From Mytilus californianus (lineage: Eukaryota), in the NCBI RefSeq assembly GCF_021869535.1, contig NW_026262582.1, positions 28,582,001 through 28,646,000 of the forward strand: a DNA stretch of 64,000 nucleotides, in the 5' to 3' direction. The position numbers and the translations under genes were made by a program. Numbering within the stretch: position 1 is the stretch's first letter; each line of letters begins with the position of its first letter. A model generated the notes under the pieces. It saw only the letters and a program-made list of their open reading frames with translations, was not told the DNA's origin and did not search any database. This document shows, piece by piece, positions 27,781-41,200 of this stretch.

Positions 27781-28119
27781 AATTAATACAATCTACACCT
27801 TATTTCACAGTACGCAAGCAGTATTAGAGTAAGTATATATACAAAACTATACAATCACAATAAATACAAGTGTATAGATATACACTCACACACAAAATCA
27901 ATAATTGACAATGCAATACAACTATATAAACACGAGTGAGGGGGAAGATTATACTACATAAACAAGAGAAAGTCCAAAGAACGAACCAGATTCTTTATCG
28001 GAAACAGATGAAAAAGAGCAAATTATACCTATACTTTCCCAATTTTCCAATAAACAGAAAACTAATTGTGGTTTGAAGATTTGAACAAAACTATATTTGA
28101 CATCAGAGGATCTGACGCC

Positions 28120-28340
28120 AACGTAATTGTAGGATTAAATATTGTCCGCCATGAAATTATGTCCACCGGACACTTTTTCGTAGTAAATTGTGTCCACGGA
28201 CATAATGTTATTATGAAATATCGTCCGAACCATATTTACCTATGAAATCGTGTCCACAGATGTGAAAAAGAAAGGACAATATTTCATATGAAAAAGTGTC
28301 CTTCATAGAAAGGACAGTATTTCACACGAAAAAGCGTCCA
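28120..28340. repeat. Cluster of ~30-bp spaced gtgtcc/ggaca motifs, probably a subterminal array of a DNA transposon
   Basis: Repeated atgaaa(t)tgtgtcc..ggac motifs in both orientations; the other end was not identified. Confidence 0.45.
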
Positions 28341-30139
28341 CTCTCAATACCTACAAAAAGTTTACTTGATAAATTATTGCCAATTAATTTTAACATTTGC
28401 ATTTTACTATCAAAATTATTTACAGGTGCAACAAATCTGTGTCATCAGATTATGTTATTGTGTTTGGTTAACCTACATATTGTTTTTTTAAATTAACTTT
28501 CTTTTACCTTTTCTAATTAATTAAATGCTGAATAATAATTTGGGTGTGGCTCATTTGAGTGTCTCTTGTATTTGCTGTCTAGATTTTCCATGTAAGATTT
28601 TACCACATTATTTATATCTCTTGGTCAAAGGGAGATAACTTTTTATATTTAACAGTTTACCAAATGTTATTTCTATTTAAGAATTCATGAACAATTCATA
28701 TTAATAAACTTATTATTTTCGTTCAATTGTCCTAGTACATTTAATATTTGATAATTTTGTGCTTGAAATCATATAATTTTGTAGATAAAAGTTTTTTTGT
28801 ATGCTATTAATTCAATTGTACATATTTGAAAAATTTACTTTATGTTTAATTATTTTTGACTTGCATACAACATATGAGATGAGATCCAATAAAATATTAG
28901 TTAATGTCTGAGCAGCACATTGGTTTTGAAATTAGCAATTATGTTAATGTTTGTTGTTTTTGTTTTTTGCTTTTTGCTTTTTGATGTATTTGTTTTTTTT
29001 AGATTGACAAATAATGCTAGCAAGGAAGATTATTCATAAATATTTTTATGATGCCAAACTTGAAAAAAATTGCTTATGTTTGCTATTTGTTATATTGTAA
29101 TGATTCTGAAACAAGCAAACTTAACTAGTTAGCATGTTGCTCTGCCACATACCATTATTTTATTAACTAGTTTGAATTTGATGTAGAACTGAACTTATTT
29201 TAAAAAAAAGTGTATTTTTATATTTGTTTGCATAGTAAAATTGTAGTTCATTGATATAACAAACATTTTGACAGTTGTTTTTTTTTTTATTGATAATCAA
29301 AACAACTCTGTTTTGTCAGTATCTGAATAAAATTAATTTGATAAAGACTTTGTTTCTTTTATTGAAGTATATACATAGGGAGATAATTCAAAATTGTTTT
29401 TTTATTATTCTAACCTGGTTAGAAGTGATAAAAATAACTATGCCCAAGACAGGATTACAATAAGAAAATACAAGTAATTGTTGTGTATGATTATGCTTTG
29501 TCCAAAAGTTTTTGTTATCTCCTGTATTATATATTGTAAAAATCCAAATCACACATAGAGATAGCCTTGTCCTGTAGATTAAATCTAGATTTTGTGTTAT
29601 TTGTATGTCTTAAATTCTAAACCTTTAAGTTCTTATATAAATTCAGAGACATTGGCATTTTTTACATATAGGTAAAGACATACTTACAAACTGGTATTTC
29701 GCTTTGCAAATGAATAACTTATATTCTTTGGATTATAGTTGTAGTTTTATCTTTACAGGCTTCAATGGTACTGACAAATCATACATTTGCACATTGCCAT
29801 TTGAAACCACAAATATTATTCTACTGTTATTAAACAGAGGAACAATCCATGCCTTTCAAGTCTTATACTTTGTAAATATGGATAAGAAAAGTTGGAGGAT
29901 CCATGATTTGTTTCAATAGCTTCAAAGTTGTAATCATTGAATTTTCCTTTTTTTCTTTATTTCGGTTTTTTCTTTAATAAGATATTTCCAAACCAGATAT
30001 TTGAGTTAAAGTAAAAAAAAAACAAAAAAACCCACATATAATTAAATTTAAAAATATTTCATAAATAATCTTGAAATTTATTTGAATTTTTTTTTTTTTA
30101 TTATACTGGAAATTTAATTCTAATTAAATTCTATGTCTA

Positions 30140-30325
30140 TTAAAATTTAATTTATATTAAAAATTCTTTAAATTTGAAATTTATTCAAATTTAATTTATA
30201 TTAAAATTTCTTTAAATTTAAAATGTATTGAAATTTAATTTATATTAAAAATTCTTGAAATTTGAAATTTATTCAAATTTAATCTATATTAAAATTCTTT
30301 AAATTTGAAATTTATTCAGATTTAA
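30140..30325. repeat. AT-only ~44-bp minisatellite, about 4 copies
   Basis: aaatttaatttatattaaaaattctttaaatttgaaatttattc repeated. Confidence 0.8.
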
Positions 30326-30594
30326 AAATATCTTTAAACTAGGTTGAAATTTGGGAATTTATTTGCTTTATTAAATTTAGTTTAAACTTATGTTAAATTA
30401 GAAATTTTCCAGTGAAGTAAATGCATATAATTTTTTTCAATTTGAAATTTAATATGCATAAAATATGCATTTAATTTCATATTAAATGCATCATTTCATG
30501 CAGTTGTGCAAACAGCACAAATTTGGAATTCAAAATAAAAAGTGAACCGAGGCTTACCCTTAGTAAAGCTATTTTGAAAGCCAGAATAATGACT

Positions 30595-31115
30595 GAAACA
30601 TATATTTTATATCAGTTGATACGATTTTCCAGGGCTTATATGTCCTATCATGATTTCCATGATAGATGGTTGCTGCTTACAATGAGGCTATTAATCCAAG
30701 TGTTCCAAAGGTTGATGTTGACCTTACCCCTCCGTACTTTTTAAGGACGCCATCACGAGTAAGTTGGCCATTATGGAATATATGTTTCATAGATGACGAA
30801 GGATATGTTTCATTTGTCGTAGCCACAATTAAGCCCTATTTTCCCGGAATGTGACATACCGAATTAGACTTATCACCGGGTGTGTGCGTACATGAGCAAC
30901 AGAACGGGTCCAACATGTTCAGCAGTATCTGTTTATCATTCAGGATGACCTGGGATCTTCCCCCGGTTTTGCGTGGTTTGTGTTGCTCAGTCTTTTGATT
31001 TTTAATATTGTGTTTTGTGTTTTATTTGGCTTTTGGTCTAATGTTTAATGCCATGGCGGTTTCAGTTCATATTCGACTTTGAATGTCCTTTTAGTATATT
31101 TCCTCTCTCTTGATA
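30595..31115 (+). mobile_element. Decayed PLE-type RT thumb fragment followed by a high-copy 3' repeat
   Basis: YQLIRFSRAYMSYHDFHDRWLLLTMRLL resembles PLE SQLIRY.RAC..Y.DF..R..LLT.KLL. The downstream ...gtgttgctcagtc... segment recurs at about 4770-4830, 33000-33250 and 35270-35420. Confidence 0.65.
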
Positions 31116-32187
31116 AATCCACCCTCTTTTGTAAAAAACTTTGAAACATGGGTGACGTTGTTTTGCTAATTTTTCAGTCAACGTAGCGTTGTTTTTACTT
31201 TTTTTAACTATATAAAAGAAAGTTCTTATAATAATTCCCGTTTATTACATATATTCATTTCACAGTTTAGAAAAGTGTTTGTGCCCATTGATAAATGAAA
31301 ATTTTAATCATGCATGCAAAGGATATATTTTCTTTGCACCATGAAACCATCCTACCAAATTTGTTTCCAAACAAATATTTGATCATTTTTCATTTTTGTT
31401 CAATAAATTTTGTTTACAGGCTTTATTTACACATACCAGTTCAATTAACATACAAACATGGGGCCCTTTATAGCTTGCTGTTCGGTGTGAGCCAAGGCTC
31501 TGTGTTGAAGACCGTACATTGACCTATAATGGTTTACTTTCATAAATTGTGACTTGGATGGAGAGTTGTCTCATTGGCACTCATACCACATCTTCTTATA
31601 TCTATTTTAAAATAATTGTTTTCTTATTCAAAGAAAATAAACTGAAAACTGAATTGTGACTTTTTGTCTTATGACTTTCTGTCCTACATTCTCTTTAAAC
31701 AACTGTCATACCAGTATGAGGTTTAAAAAGCTTAAAAAACACAGACTAAGCTTACCATTTTCTTAGGAAATGCCTGAACCAAGCCAGCAATATGATAGCT
31801 GTTCTGTACACGTTCCGTTGGTTTATGACATTTGATTTTGTCAGTTTCAATGGAGTTCCTCCTTTTTTAATCATTACCATATACTTGAATTGCAAGAAAT
31901 AATTGTTTCTGTTTTATTGTTCAAAAATGATCCTTATAGCGCTAAAGTTACGTATAATTTAGTTATGAAGTTATCTTTGTAGTCAAAATGAAATTAAAGC
32001 TACAAAATGAATAATATAATTGCACTGTTAATGAAAAACTATAACATTGACAAATTGTTAATTATCATGCGATTTATTTCAATGATATTCAAATTTTATT
32101 ACAAATTGACTCATGAACAGTTTTGGTAGCGCGAAAAAAATTGCACGTGCTACTGTCATACTCTTTTAAAATTTTCATGATATCTCG

Positions 32188-32269
32188 TTAATATGTTTGC
32201 TGGTCGACAGTATTTTCTTTCCATAAATTTAAATTCAAATCGGGCAGATTCCTACATTTCTTCAGTTTT
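32188..32269 (-). CDS. Peroxidase exon 12 (last coding exon)
   Basis: tacttatag|AAAACTG...TATTAA; [27 protein letters not shown], matching the family C-terminal C..LP.IDL..W. AATAAA occurs downstream at 32095-32100 and 32073-32078. Confidence 0.88.
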
Positions 32270-35200
32270 CTATAAGTAGACAATATTAAAGATTATCATA
32301 CATGTACATTTTGAATATATTGAACTTTCACCTTGTGTAATAGTCATTTCTCATGTTTAATCTTGTGCAAAATTTCTATTCATAAGATTTCTAATTTCCC
32401 AAATTTGAGCGGTTTTAATATAACATGTAGACAGTAAGTTACATACTTTTTCGTTAGGATAAATTTGTTGATTTCGCTAGAATCTGTCTCAGAATTTCGG
32501 ATTGGTGTAAACACTTTGTGTTCAGTTAATATCTTCACCCGCATAAGATACGTTAAGCATTCCTGCCTTTTATGATTATATCGAAATTAATCAAACTATA
32601 CGTGTTTGATACATTTTTTTCTGCATTTGTGCATTGTGAATAAACTCATCATAGATACCAGGATTAAAATTTTGTATTTGCGCCAAATATGCCTCTCATT
32701 ATAACATTTATATTTCAAATTTGATCTGTTTGGCGTACCACTTGACTGTATGTATATATTTCAGCTACTGGTTGGATTTGTTTCACCTTTAACGGTGTAC
32801 TACGACTGTTATTTTAAAGCAGTAGGTACTTTTCATGTCTAGTTTAAGTTATATTTATCTTACAATGACACCTTACGTTAAATATTAACGAGGAAAGACG
32901 ATACAAAGCAAGCAATCAAATTTCATAGAAAAGACAGAAAATACTGTAATAAATGTCATACAACAATAGAATTTGACCTACCGATTTAGACTGATCACCG
33001 GATTTGTACTACAATGATCAACGCGACGGACGCCATGTGGTGAGCAGGGCCTGCATACCCTTCCGGAGTATATGAGATCATCCCCGGTTTTCGATTGGGT
33101 TCGTGTTGCTCATTCTTTACTTTTCTATGTTGTGTTTTTTTGTACTTTTGTTTGCTTTTTCTTTTGGGTTTTTTTGTTGTTATGTTTTTGCCATGGCATT
33201 GGCAGTTTATTTTTGATTTGAATTTCTGTAGTATTGTTTCTCTTTCTTTATAAAGATTGAAAGAACGAAACAAAGTAAACCATCAAATAAATGTGCATGG
33301 AACAAACTAAAATGAGGTATTCATGTAGTGCAAGTAGTTTTTGATTTGCCCTTTGATTCACTTGCTTTGTAAACATAAAGTTAATCCGTCAAATGTGTTT
33401 GTATGATTTCGAATTCCATACTGAGTTATGTTGGAATTATGACTATTGGAATATTATAAAGTTTACTTTATTCGTAATTTACCTTTTGTTTTTGGGTTGG
33501 ACGAAAGCCTCCTTTTGAATGCGATCCAATTCAAGGTTTTCACAGAGCACTTTGGACATTGTTATCTCTTTGATTGAATTTAGCTGTGCTGAAAGAAAAA
33601 TCAACATACTTGTCATTATAGTTATACAACAAATGACATGAGTGGCGTAAATATATATTATAGATGATTTTATTTTTTTGTCTGTATGACTATCGCACCA
33701 CCCACGGTATATAACTGGTTGACAATGCAGATTATTTGATTCGTTCGGGCCTACTGATATTGTTTAAATAAACCCATCAGAGATACCAGGATTGACATTT
33801 TGTATTTGCGCCAGACGCACGTTTCGTGTACAAAACACTCATCAGTGACGCTCGTATCAAAAAAGGTTTAAGAGGCCAAATAAAGTACGAAGTTGTAGAG
33901 CATTGAGGACCAAAAATTCCTAAAAGTTTTTGCCAAATACAGCTTGGGTAAACGTACCTTCCATTTTATTTCGGATAAGTTGACTAAATTGACAAAAATT
34001 AAACACCTTAGAAGAATTTAAGAGTTACTAAAATCACGGATAATTCTATAAGAAGATGAGGTATGATAGTCAATGTGACAATTATCCACTCAAGATCAAA
34101 CGAAGTTGATGTAAGCAATAATAAGCAACTATACGGGCTTCAACAATGAGAAAAACCCATACCGTATCACATGTATTATCCTTGTTTTAACTGCTTTATA
34201 TATATTATCGTGACTGCTAATGATTCTCCATCGGATTTGTGGTGTTAACAAACATATTCATTTCGTGTTGTGTAAAGCATGCATGTATCTTCACTTTTTT
34301 TTATAAAAGTAAAATACAATTAGAAATATCACTGTTGTTAAGTATAGTAACGTATCATCTATTTTAAAGTATGAACGAAAGACATAGCGGCGTATTTACT
34401 ATTTACCCCAACATATATCAGTACCAAAAAAACCTTACATCTTTAAAAGTAAACTTTCTAGATCTCCCTTTCCATGCTTTTCATTGCTTTCAACAGTTCC
34501 TTATTTTATCTTATTTACCCGCATCTGTTCATCTATGGGTTGATTAATTTAAGATTCATTTAAGAATTGAATGCTTCTTTTTGTAAATTTATGGGGGTAG
34601 GGAGTTATGAGTCAGAAGTTTTTTTCGCTCAAAGCGAACATTTCTTAAAATTTATCACTTTAAGGTATGGGTGCACTTCATATGTGTCGATCATATATAT
34701 CTCAACATACACCGATAAGATTGAACACAAATCCATGTGATTAAACCATAATTACACTTCAACACACACATTGAACAAAAATCCATATGATTGGACCATA
34801 CTAGTAATTATATTTTAACATACTCATATTAAACACAGATCCACATGATTCTACCATGACTATAAATCAACACACACATACTGAACATAGATCCATATCA
34901 TTCGATCATAATCCTATTCAAACATACACACATTTAACACAAATCCATATTGAATACAATAAGCCTCATACCTTTTGTGAAGCCAAAATCTGAGTCTCTC
35001 CTCTCATACCAATATCTATCTCCGCATTTTGTCAGATAAAATTGTTTACCAATCAAACATGCAAATGTTTCTCCAACACGTCCTTTCTTGGACTTCTCTA
35101 GAAGTCCACCGACATACAGATCGACATCGTCAGCAGAACTTAACAATGAAAATTAAAAAAAAAAACCGTTGAAATAAAAAATAAAAAAAAGGATATGAAT

Positions 35201-38200
35201 CATCATCGTTTTAAATAGGACCAACAAAACATATGCCATTAGTGATACATCAAATGTTTACCTTTCCGGAGCATCTGGTTTCAATTTCAGTTTTGAAATG
35301 GTTCAAGATACACGAACCTTGGTTTTCTGTGTAGTGTTTCGTGGACTGTTGTGCCACTTTTCGTCGTTTTTCTTTTGGCTTCTGATTTTTGCAGTTTGTT
35401 GTTCTACCTATGATTTTTATTTTTACACTATTTATTTATGTAAACAACGAAATACAAGATTTAATAAAATAACCTATTGAGACATATTCGAGTGACGAAT
35501 GAATACACTTGCTGAAAAACATTCAAATAACGAAATTAATTGTTGCATCATGATGGAAATTATATTAATTGTCAGTTGTGTTTGACGAAATAACAGAACT
35601 ACAATAAAACGTTATAGAAAGATAACCCCAAACTGATATGAAAAAGACGTAAAAAACAAGCAGGAAAAGAACATTTCCACATAAAATGAGAAAACTTGGA
35701 AATATAAAATGTACTTGTTTTTTTTTTAATATATGTTCCAGCAAATAATTAAACACATTAACAGTCGATATTGTATGAATTCCGTTTAGACAAGCATCAA
35801 CCAAATACCAAATACAATGATGTTAATAGCTTAAGAGCACCGTAAAACTCATCATCGTGTTTGTAGATATTGAAACAAATCCCAAAAAACTCCTGCCCCT
35901 TTAATAGCAGACCTTTTGTTTTGTAATGAAACCAATCATATGGCAAAACGGAATAAAGATTCCATTCCAACTAAAAGTCCTCCCTCAGAGGAACATATTA
36001 ACAAAAGCAAAAGGAAATCAACCTCCAATTCAAATTGCCGAAGCAAGGTTGTCGGCTGTTGAAACTTTTCCGAATTCCTGCGTTGGTCCCGAGTGTATAT
36101 TTTATCTTTCATTGTTATCATTTTTATCGATTATTTCAATTCGTCAATAACGTTACATTTCTCTCATGTAATTACTTACGCATATAATTCTTTGAGGACA
36201 TTTTCAACATCGTTAGGAACTTTAAAGTTTTTAAAATTCAGCCTTTCCAGTCCACAAAATTCCCTCCAGTCGTTATAGCTTGGTGTGCCCTGATCTCGCC
36301 CCCTTTGTATGTTAATGGACAATAAATCTGTATCTCCACCAAACAGCTTGTTACGCATTGCATTCACTCCAAAACTGTAATTGAAAATATTATATTGATT
36401 GATTGATTGAGTTTTTGTACTTTAACACCGCTTACAGCAGTGTGCGCTTTTCGTGGCGACCGGTTTTTATCAGTTGAGTAAGCCGGAGTGCCCTAAGACC
36501 CTAAGATAACCATCGACTTTCTGCAGGAAAACTGGCAATTCAAGTCAATGAAGAATGGAGTCAAACACCTGAAATGTGCGGGGCTAGAGCTCACAACCTA
36601 ATTGTTGACAGGCTGGTGATCGCAGTAGTTTAAATACTTATACCACTTGGAAAATATTATATTCAATAGGGGACATATTTTTGAAAGAGGTAGAAATAGT
36701 AAGAAATTACGGGAAATCATATGCATGCTTTCAAGGAACTTGTCTATTTCAATGATGTTATTCCGTATCTATAAAACATTTTCACCTCCATTATGAAAAT
36801 TATCCCCTCCCCTTTCAACATGGCTGCAATAACCACGAAAGAGCCTATTTAACAAAGAGTTCTTACCTGTCAATTCTATTAGCTGGTTTAAAGGTTAACC
36901 ATCGTATGAAATCTTCAACATTTTCGCCCATATTTGTTTGAATTAGATGTGGAGCCCTAAAGTTGTCAGCAAGAAGTTCAGTAGTGATAGTTTTGTAATC
37001 ATCTTCAAGCAATGACTGCTCCCTCATCGCTTGGGAATGTCCCATTCGAAAGGGTGCTACTGCAAAAGCGTTCCTTACAGAGGCATCAATTTTATCATTA
37101 TAACAGTCATCAAATCCATTTTTTGGGGTTTAAGCTTGTACTTTTTCATAGTTTGTGGAGATAGAATGGCAGGTAGGTACTCTTTATATGTTATGTGCTG
37201 CAATTCCGCTATGACTATTCTTCGTGTTTCTTCGAAAACTCTATCATTTCCCCATTCTGAATTGATTTGTTTCAGTAATTTAGCGATCCTGTTATGTTCC
37301 CTTACAAGAACAAGATGGTTTAATTGGAGACTAGGTGCCTGGTCAGTCCTTGAATCTCCTACATTGAAACAAATAAATAAGATGAAACTTTAAAAAACAC
37401 CTAGTTAAGTTTATTTTGTAATTTCACAGTCTCTCATGAACAAACAAAATTTTTTTTTATTGTCATGACGATAACAAATACTATTTTTAACAAAATTTTT
37501 TTTGATAAATTGCAGTTTTTCAACCTATTTCTATTAGAAAAAAATTATTGATTTATGAACCCTTACACTTATATCTAATAACCAACCGTTTTACTTGAGG
37601 GTTTGGATGAGGGGTCTTTCACTTTGTTATTAAATTTTGATGGTATTTTTACTTGTCTTTAAAAATAATGCTTATTCTTTTAAAATTCTCATGAAAATGA
37701 TTTAACCGTTTTTTTTCTGCAATTATTTGATTTCTTTATTCGAGTTATTCTGTACATCATTCATTTCTGTAATCAGTATTGTATAACCTAATTCTTATAT
37801 TTCCAAATTTGTTTTTTTTAAATTTTTTTGGACACCCTTTATTCCGTATTCTTTATTGTTTTGCTCATTTTCTCTATTCTTTATATTATTTGGTCTTTAT
37901 TCTCTATTCTGTAAACTTAAACCAGACCCTCTTACTTCTGGTGTGTTAATTATTACGTCACCAAAAGCATATTTTGCCCCACTATTGTAAAATTTAGGCA
38001 TGGACACGTACAACAAAACGCATTTCGTATAGAGGCGAACTAAAGATCACTGGAAGAAACAAAATCTAAACAATTACACCCTACTTCAACCAATTTCTTC
38101 TGATGAAATGATATGTGATAACACAATCATTCGATATGAAAAAACATAACATTTCATTTTGGAATACTATTTATTTCCTTACCCGTTAATTGGCAAAAAT

Positions 38201-41200
38201 CAGCTACTGGGTCTATCTTTACGCAAGATCCATTTACGTTCTCAGGTAAATTATTTCCAGGAGAAGTTTTTAAAAGTGCTGAAAATAAAAAAAGTAGTAT
38301 ATGTACCAGCTTCTATTTTCCTTTTGTCAACCTATTGAATACATTTGTTACTAAAAAAATCATTTATATCACGAAATACTAAGGATTTTCAACTCCAAGG
38401 AATATATTACTGTAGCTATATTTGGCAACACCTTTTGTAATTTTGGGTCCTCAATGCTCTTCATCTTCGCTAGCAAAGGGTAACGATCCGACCCGTTCCT
38501 CTTCAACTTAGGCGGATTAAGTAAGAATTTGTGATCAATGACGAAATGATTTCCATTGGACAAAGTTGTACCTAGCGGCATTCAATCAAATTGTCCTTAA
38601 AAATGGTAAATGTGTAAATAAAAAAAACATGTAACAATAAACAGTTGTTATGTGCAGATTGTGCAAATGGTCTTCATCCCCAAAACATTGAGCGGTATTT
38701 AGTGTCAGCTTTGAAGTTCTTAAACAACTTATTGAAAGTTCTTGAGTATTTTCGTCGTGCAGATGTTTGAATGCCGGTGTATATATGAGGTTTCTGTTTA
38801 ACGAAATCTGTAAACACTGGACACTTTTTAACACCTCCGAACTAAAGAGTACAAGTGGTGTTATTGGTCAATGATGATGTAGTCTACGTGGGCGTGACGT
38901 CATCTCTCACTACATTGCATTACGCTGTATACACAGATACTGTCTTAATCTGCAAAGGGTGAAGAGGATCGGGTCGGGTCGAAACTCTTGGCTAACGAAG
39001 ATAAATGCTCTTCATTTTCGTACTTTATTTGGCCTTTTAATTCTTTGGATTTGATCGTCACTAATGAGTTTTTTTCTAGACGAAACTCACTTTTGGCGTT
39101 CAACATGTGTAAGCCTGTATCTATGTTAAGTGGAATTATATTGCATAGAATCTTTTTGTTTTGTTGAAGAACATAATTATGTTGACATGCAGATATTTAT
39201 AGACATATTCCACGCTCATTTAACGCTTTGGGCGCATGCTATTTATGAAACATTTAATTCATATTTATACTGAATAGCGTAGGAAACGAGATATGAGAAT
39301 CCATACATTATTCTTTTTTTCATGAGTGACAGAATTAGGCGGCCACATTTAGACAAGTACCATCATTTATGCATGTTAAGTTCTGTACTTTTAAAAACTT
39401 ACATGAATCCGTAGTATCTCTAAGGGTTGCTAACTGTGCATCAGAACTACCATATACATGGCTGCAATCAATGTATGATGTCACATCGTTGATCTGTTCT
39501 CTATAATCTGAAATGAAAGGAGAAATCACGCTTATACGGAAGAGAATTGCATACCAAATACATTTTAGTTTCATACACACAGATATTTACACAGGAAAAG
39601 CAGACGTATTTGTTGGATATTCTTAAGTGCGTGGATTAGGTGAGCATTCACCATTTAAAGGCACAAACAATCACTTGTTTCCAATGTTATTTTTAGCATG
39701 TGTAAGGCGACAGTTGTTTACCGATGTACAAATCCTGTAATTCGATTAAGAAGTGACAAATTTAAGGCCAAACAAAAATAACCTAGAGAATCGCATGAAC
39801 TGAAAAGGGAACAAAACCGTGGTATGCGTATATTGGGCATGGCCAAAATAAGAAAAACATTTTCATTAAGATGAGCAATAAAGCTTTCAAATTTTAACTT
39901 AAACCTTAATTTAATTATGTTGAACCAGTTATACCAACTACATATGAAATGACTCTATCAAAGTAACGTTGTCAGTTTGTCGATATCACAATAGCAAAAC
40001 ATTTCTATTAACAATAAAATACTACGGAATTGACAATAGGTTTCGTCACACAATAATGTGGACTAAGGGCGCATGTTCTACGGAATTTACCATAGGCTTC
40101 ATCCCCCATTTTTTCCCCATAAAGCACTGGCTCAATACCACTGCTACTGGACTATCAGTCCCTTCCCGAGAGTATCATCAGCACAGTCATAAAAATTATC
40201 AAGAACTAAAGTTTAAACTGACTCACGCAAGTTGACCTCAGATGGATTAGGCTTTTTTTTAAGACCCTTTTTGGTAATATATCTCATATATAACTGTTTA
40301 GGTTCATATACATCCTTGACTTCCAAATATTCGGGTTCGAGTGTTCCTGATGAATGTATATTCAGAAAAGCGCTTTGAACGCAGTGAATTTATAAAGTGT
40401 TGTTTTTAATTTTTGTATACAAACCTTGGCTCAGTATATGAAAATAATATTTATAGAAAAGTAAACAATTTAAAATTTGTTAAAATGAAAACAAAAGAAT
40501 AATTATGTGGTTACGAATGGCACTTTAAGCAGTAGTTTCATTCAAAAAGCTCTTAATGGCAAGGCACTGTTGACTCTTTGTCTGCCTGTGTTTAGTTTCT
40601 TTTTTTGATTTTGCTTTCTGTTTTGAATAACTTCGATTTTCTTTAGATGAAGTCTTGTGCAGAAATATTGCAAATATGTTACTTGTTATATCGGGGGATC
40701 TTTCAGTCCTTTGAAAACTTCTGCATCCAGGGGTAAAATCTTTGTCGTCAGCAGGTATATCAAACGGGAAACATACATCGATGCTTTATAAAAAACAAAT
40801 AAAATAACACATGGTTTGATTAACAGTACAATAAATAAACTCATCATAGATACCAGGATTGACTTTTGTATTTGCGCCAGACGCTCGTTTCGACTAAAAA
40901 AGACTCATTAGTGACGATCGAATCAAAAAGAGTTAAAAAAGCCAAATAAAGTTGAAGAGCAAAACACATTTACAATTAAAACGACTTCATACATACGTAT
41001 GATTTATCATGTATAATGAAAAATTCAAATATCGATTGGGTAATTATGCTTAAATTAATGCTATTTTTTCTCTAAATTTGTATGCCATTATTCTCTATCT
41101 CTATAATATATATTTTAGCATCCCATTACTAGGTCTTTCTACTTTTCCGTGGAAAGACATTTTGCTTTTGCGTTTGTTCTGATAATTAGGTTTATCCATT

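Noticed and set aside
28400-29950. Possible plus-strand spliced gene (several pyrimidine-tract AG sites)
   Set aside because: No consistent reading frame or recognisable protein could be assembled; such sites are expected by chance in very T-rich DNA.
32710-32806. Alternative last exon ([10 protein letters not shown]...)
   Set aside because: The phase fits but there is no family similarity; 32188-32269 gives the conserved C..LP...L..W ending.
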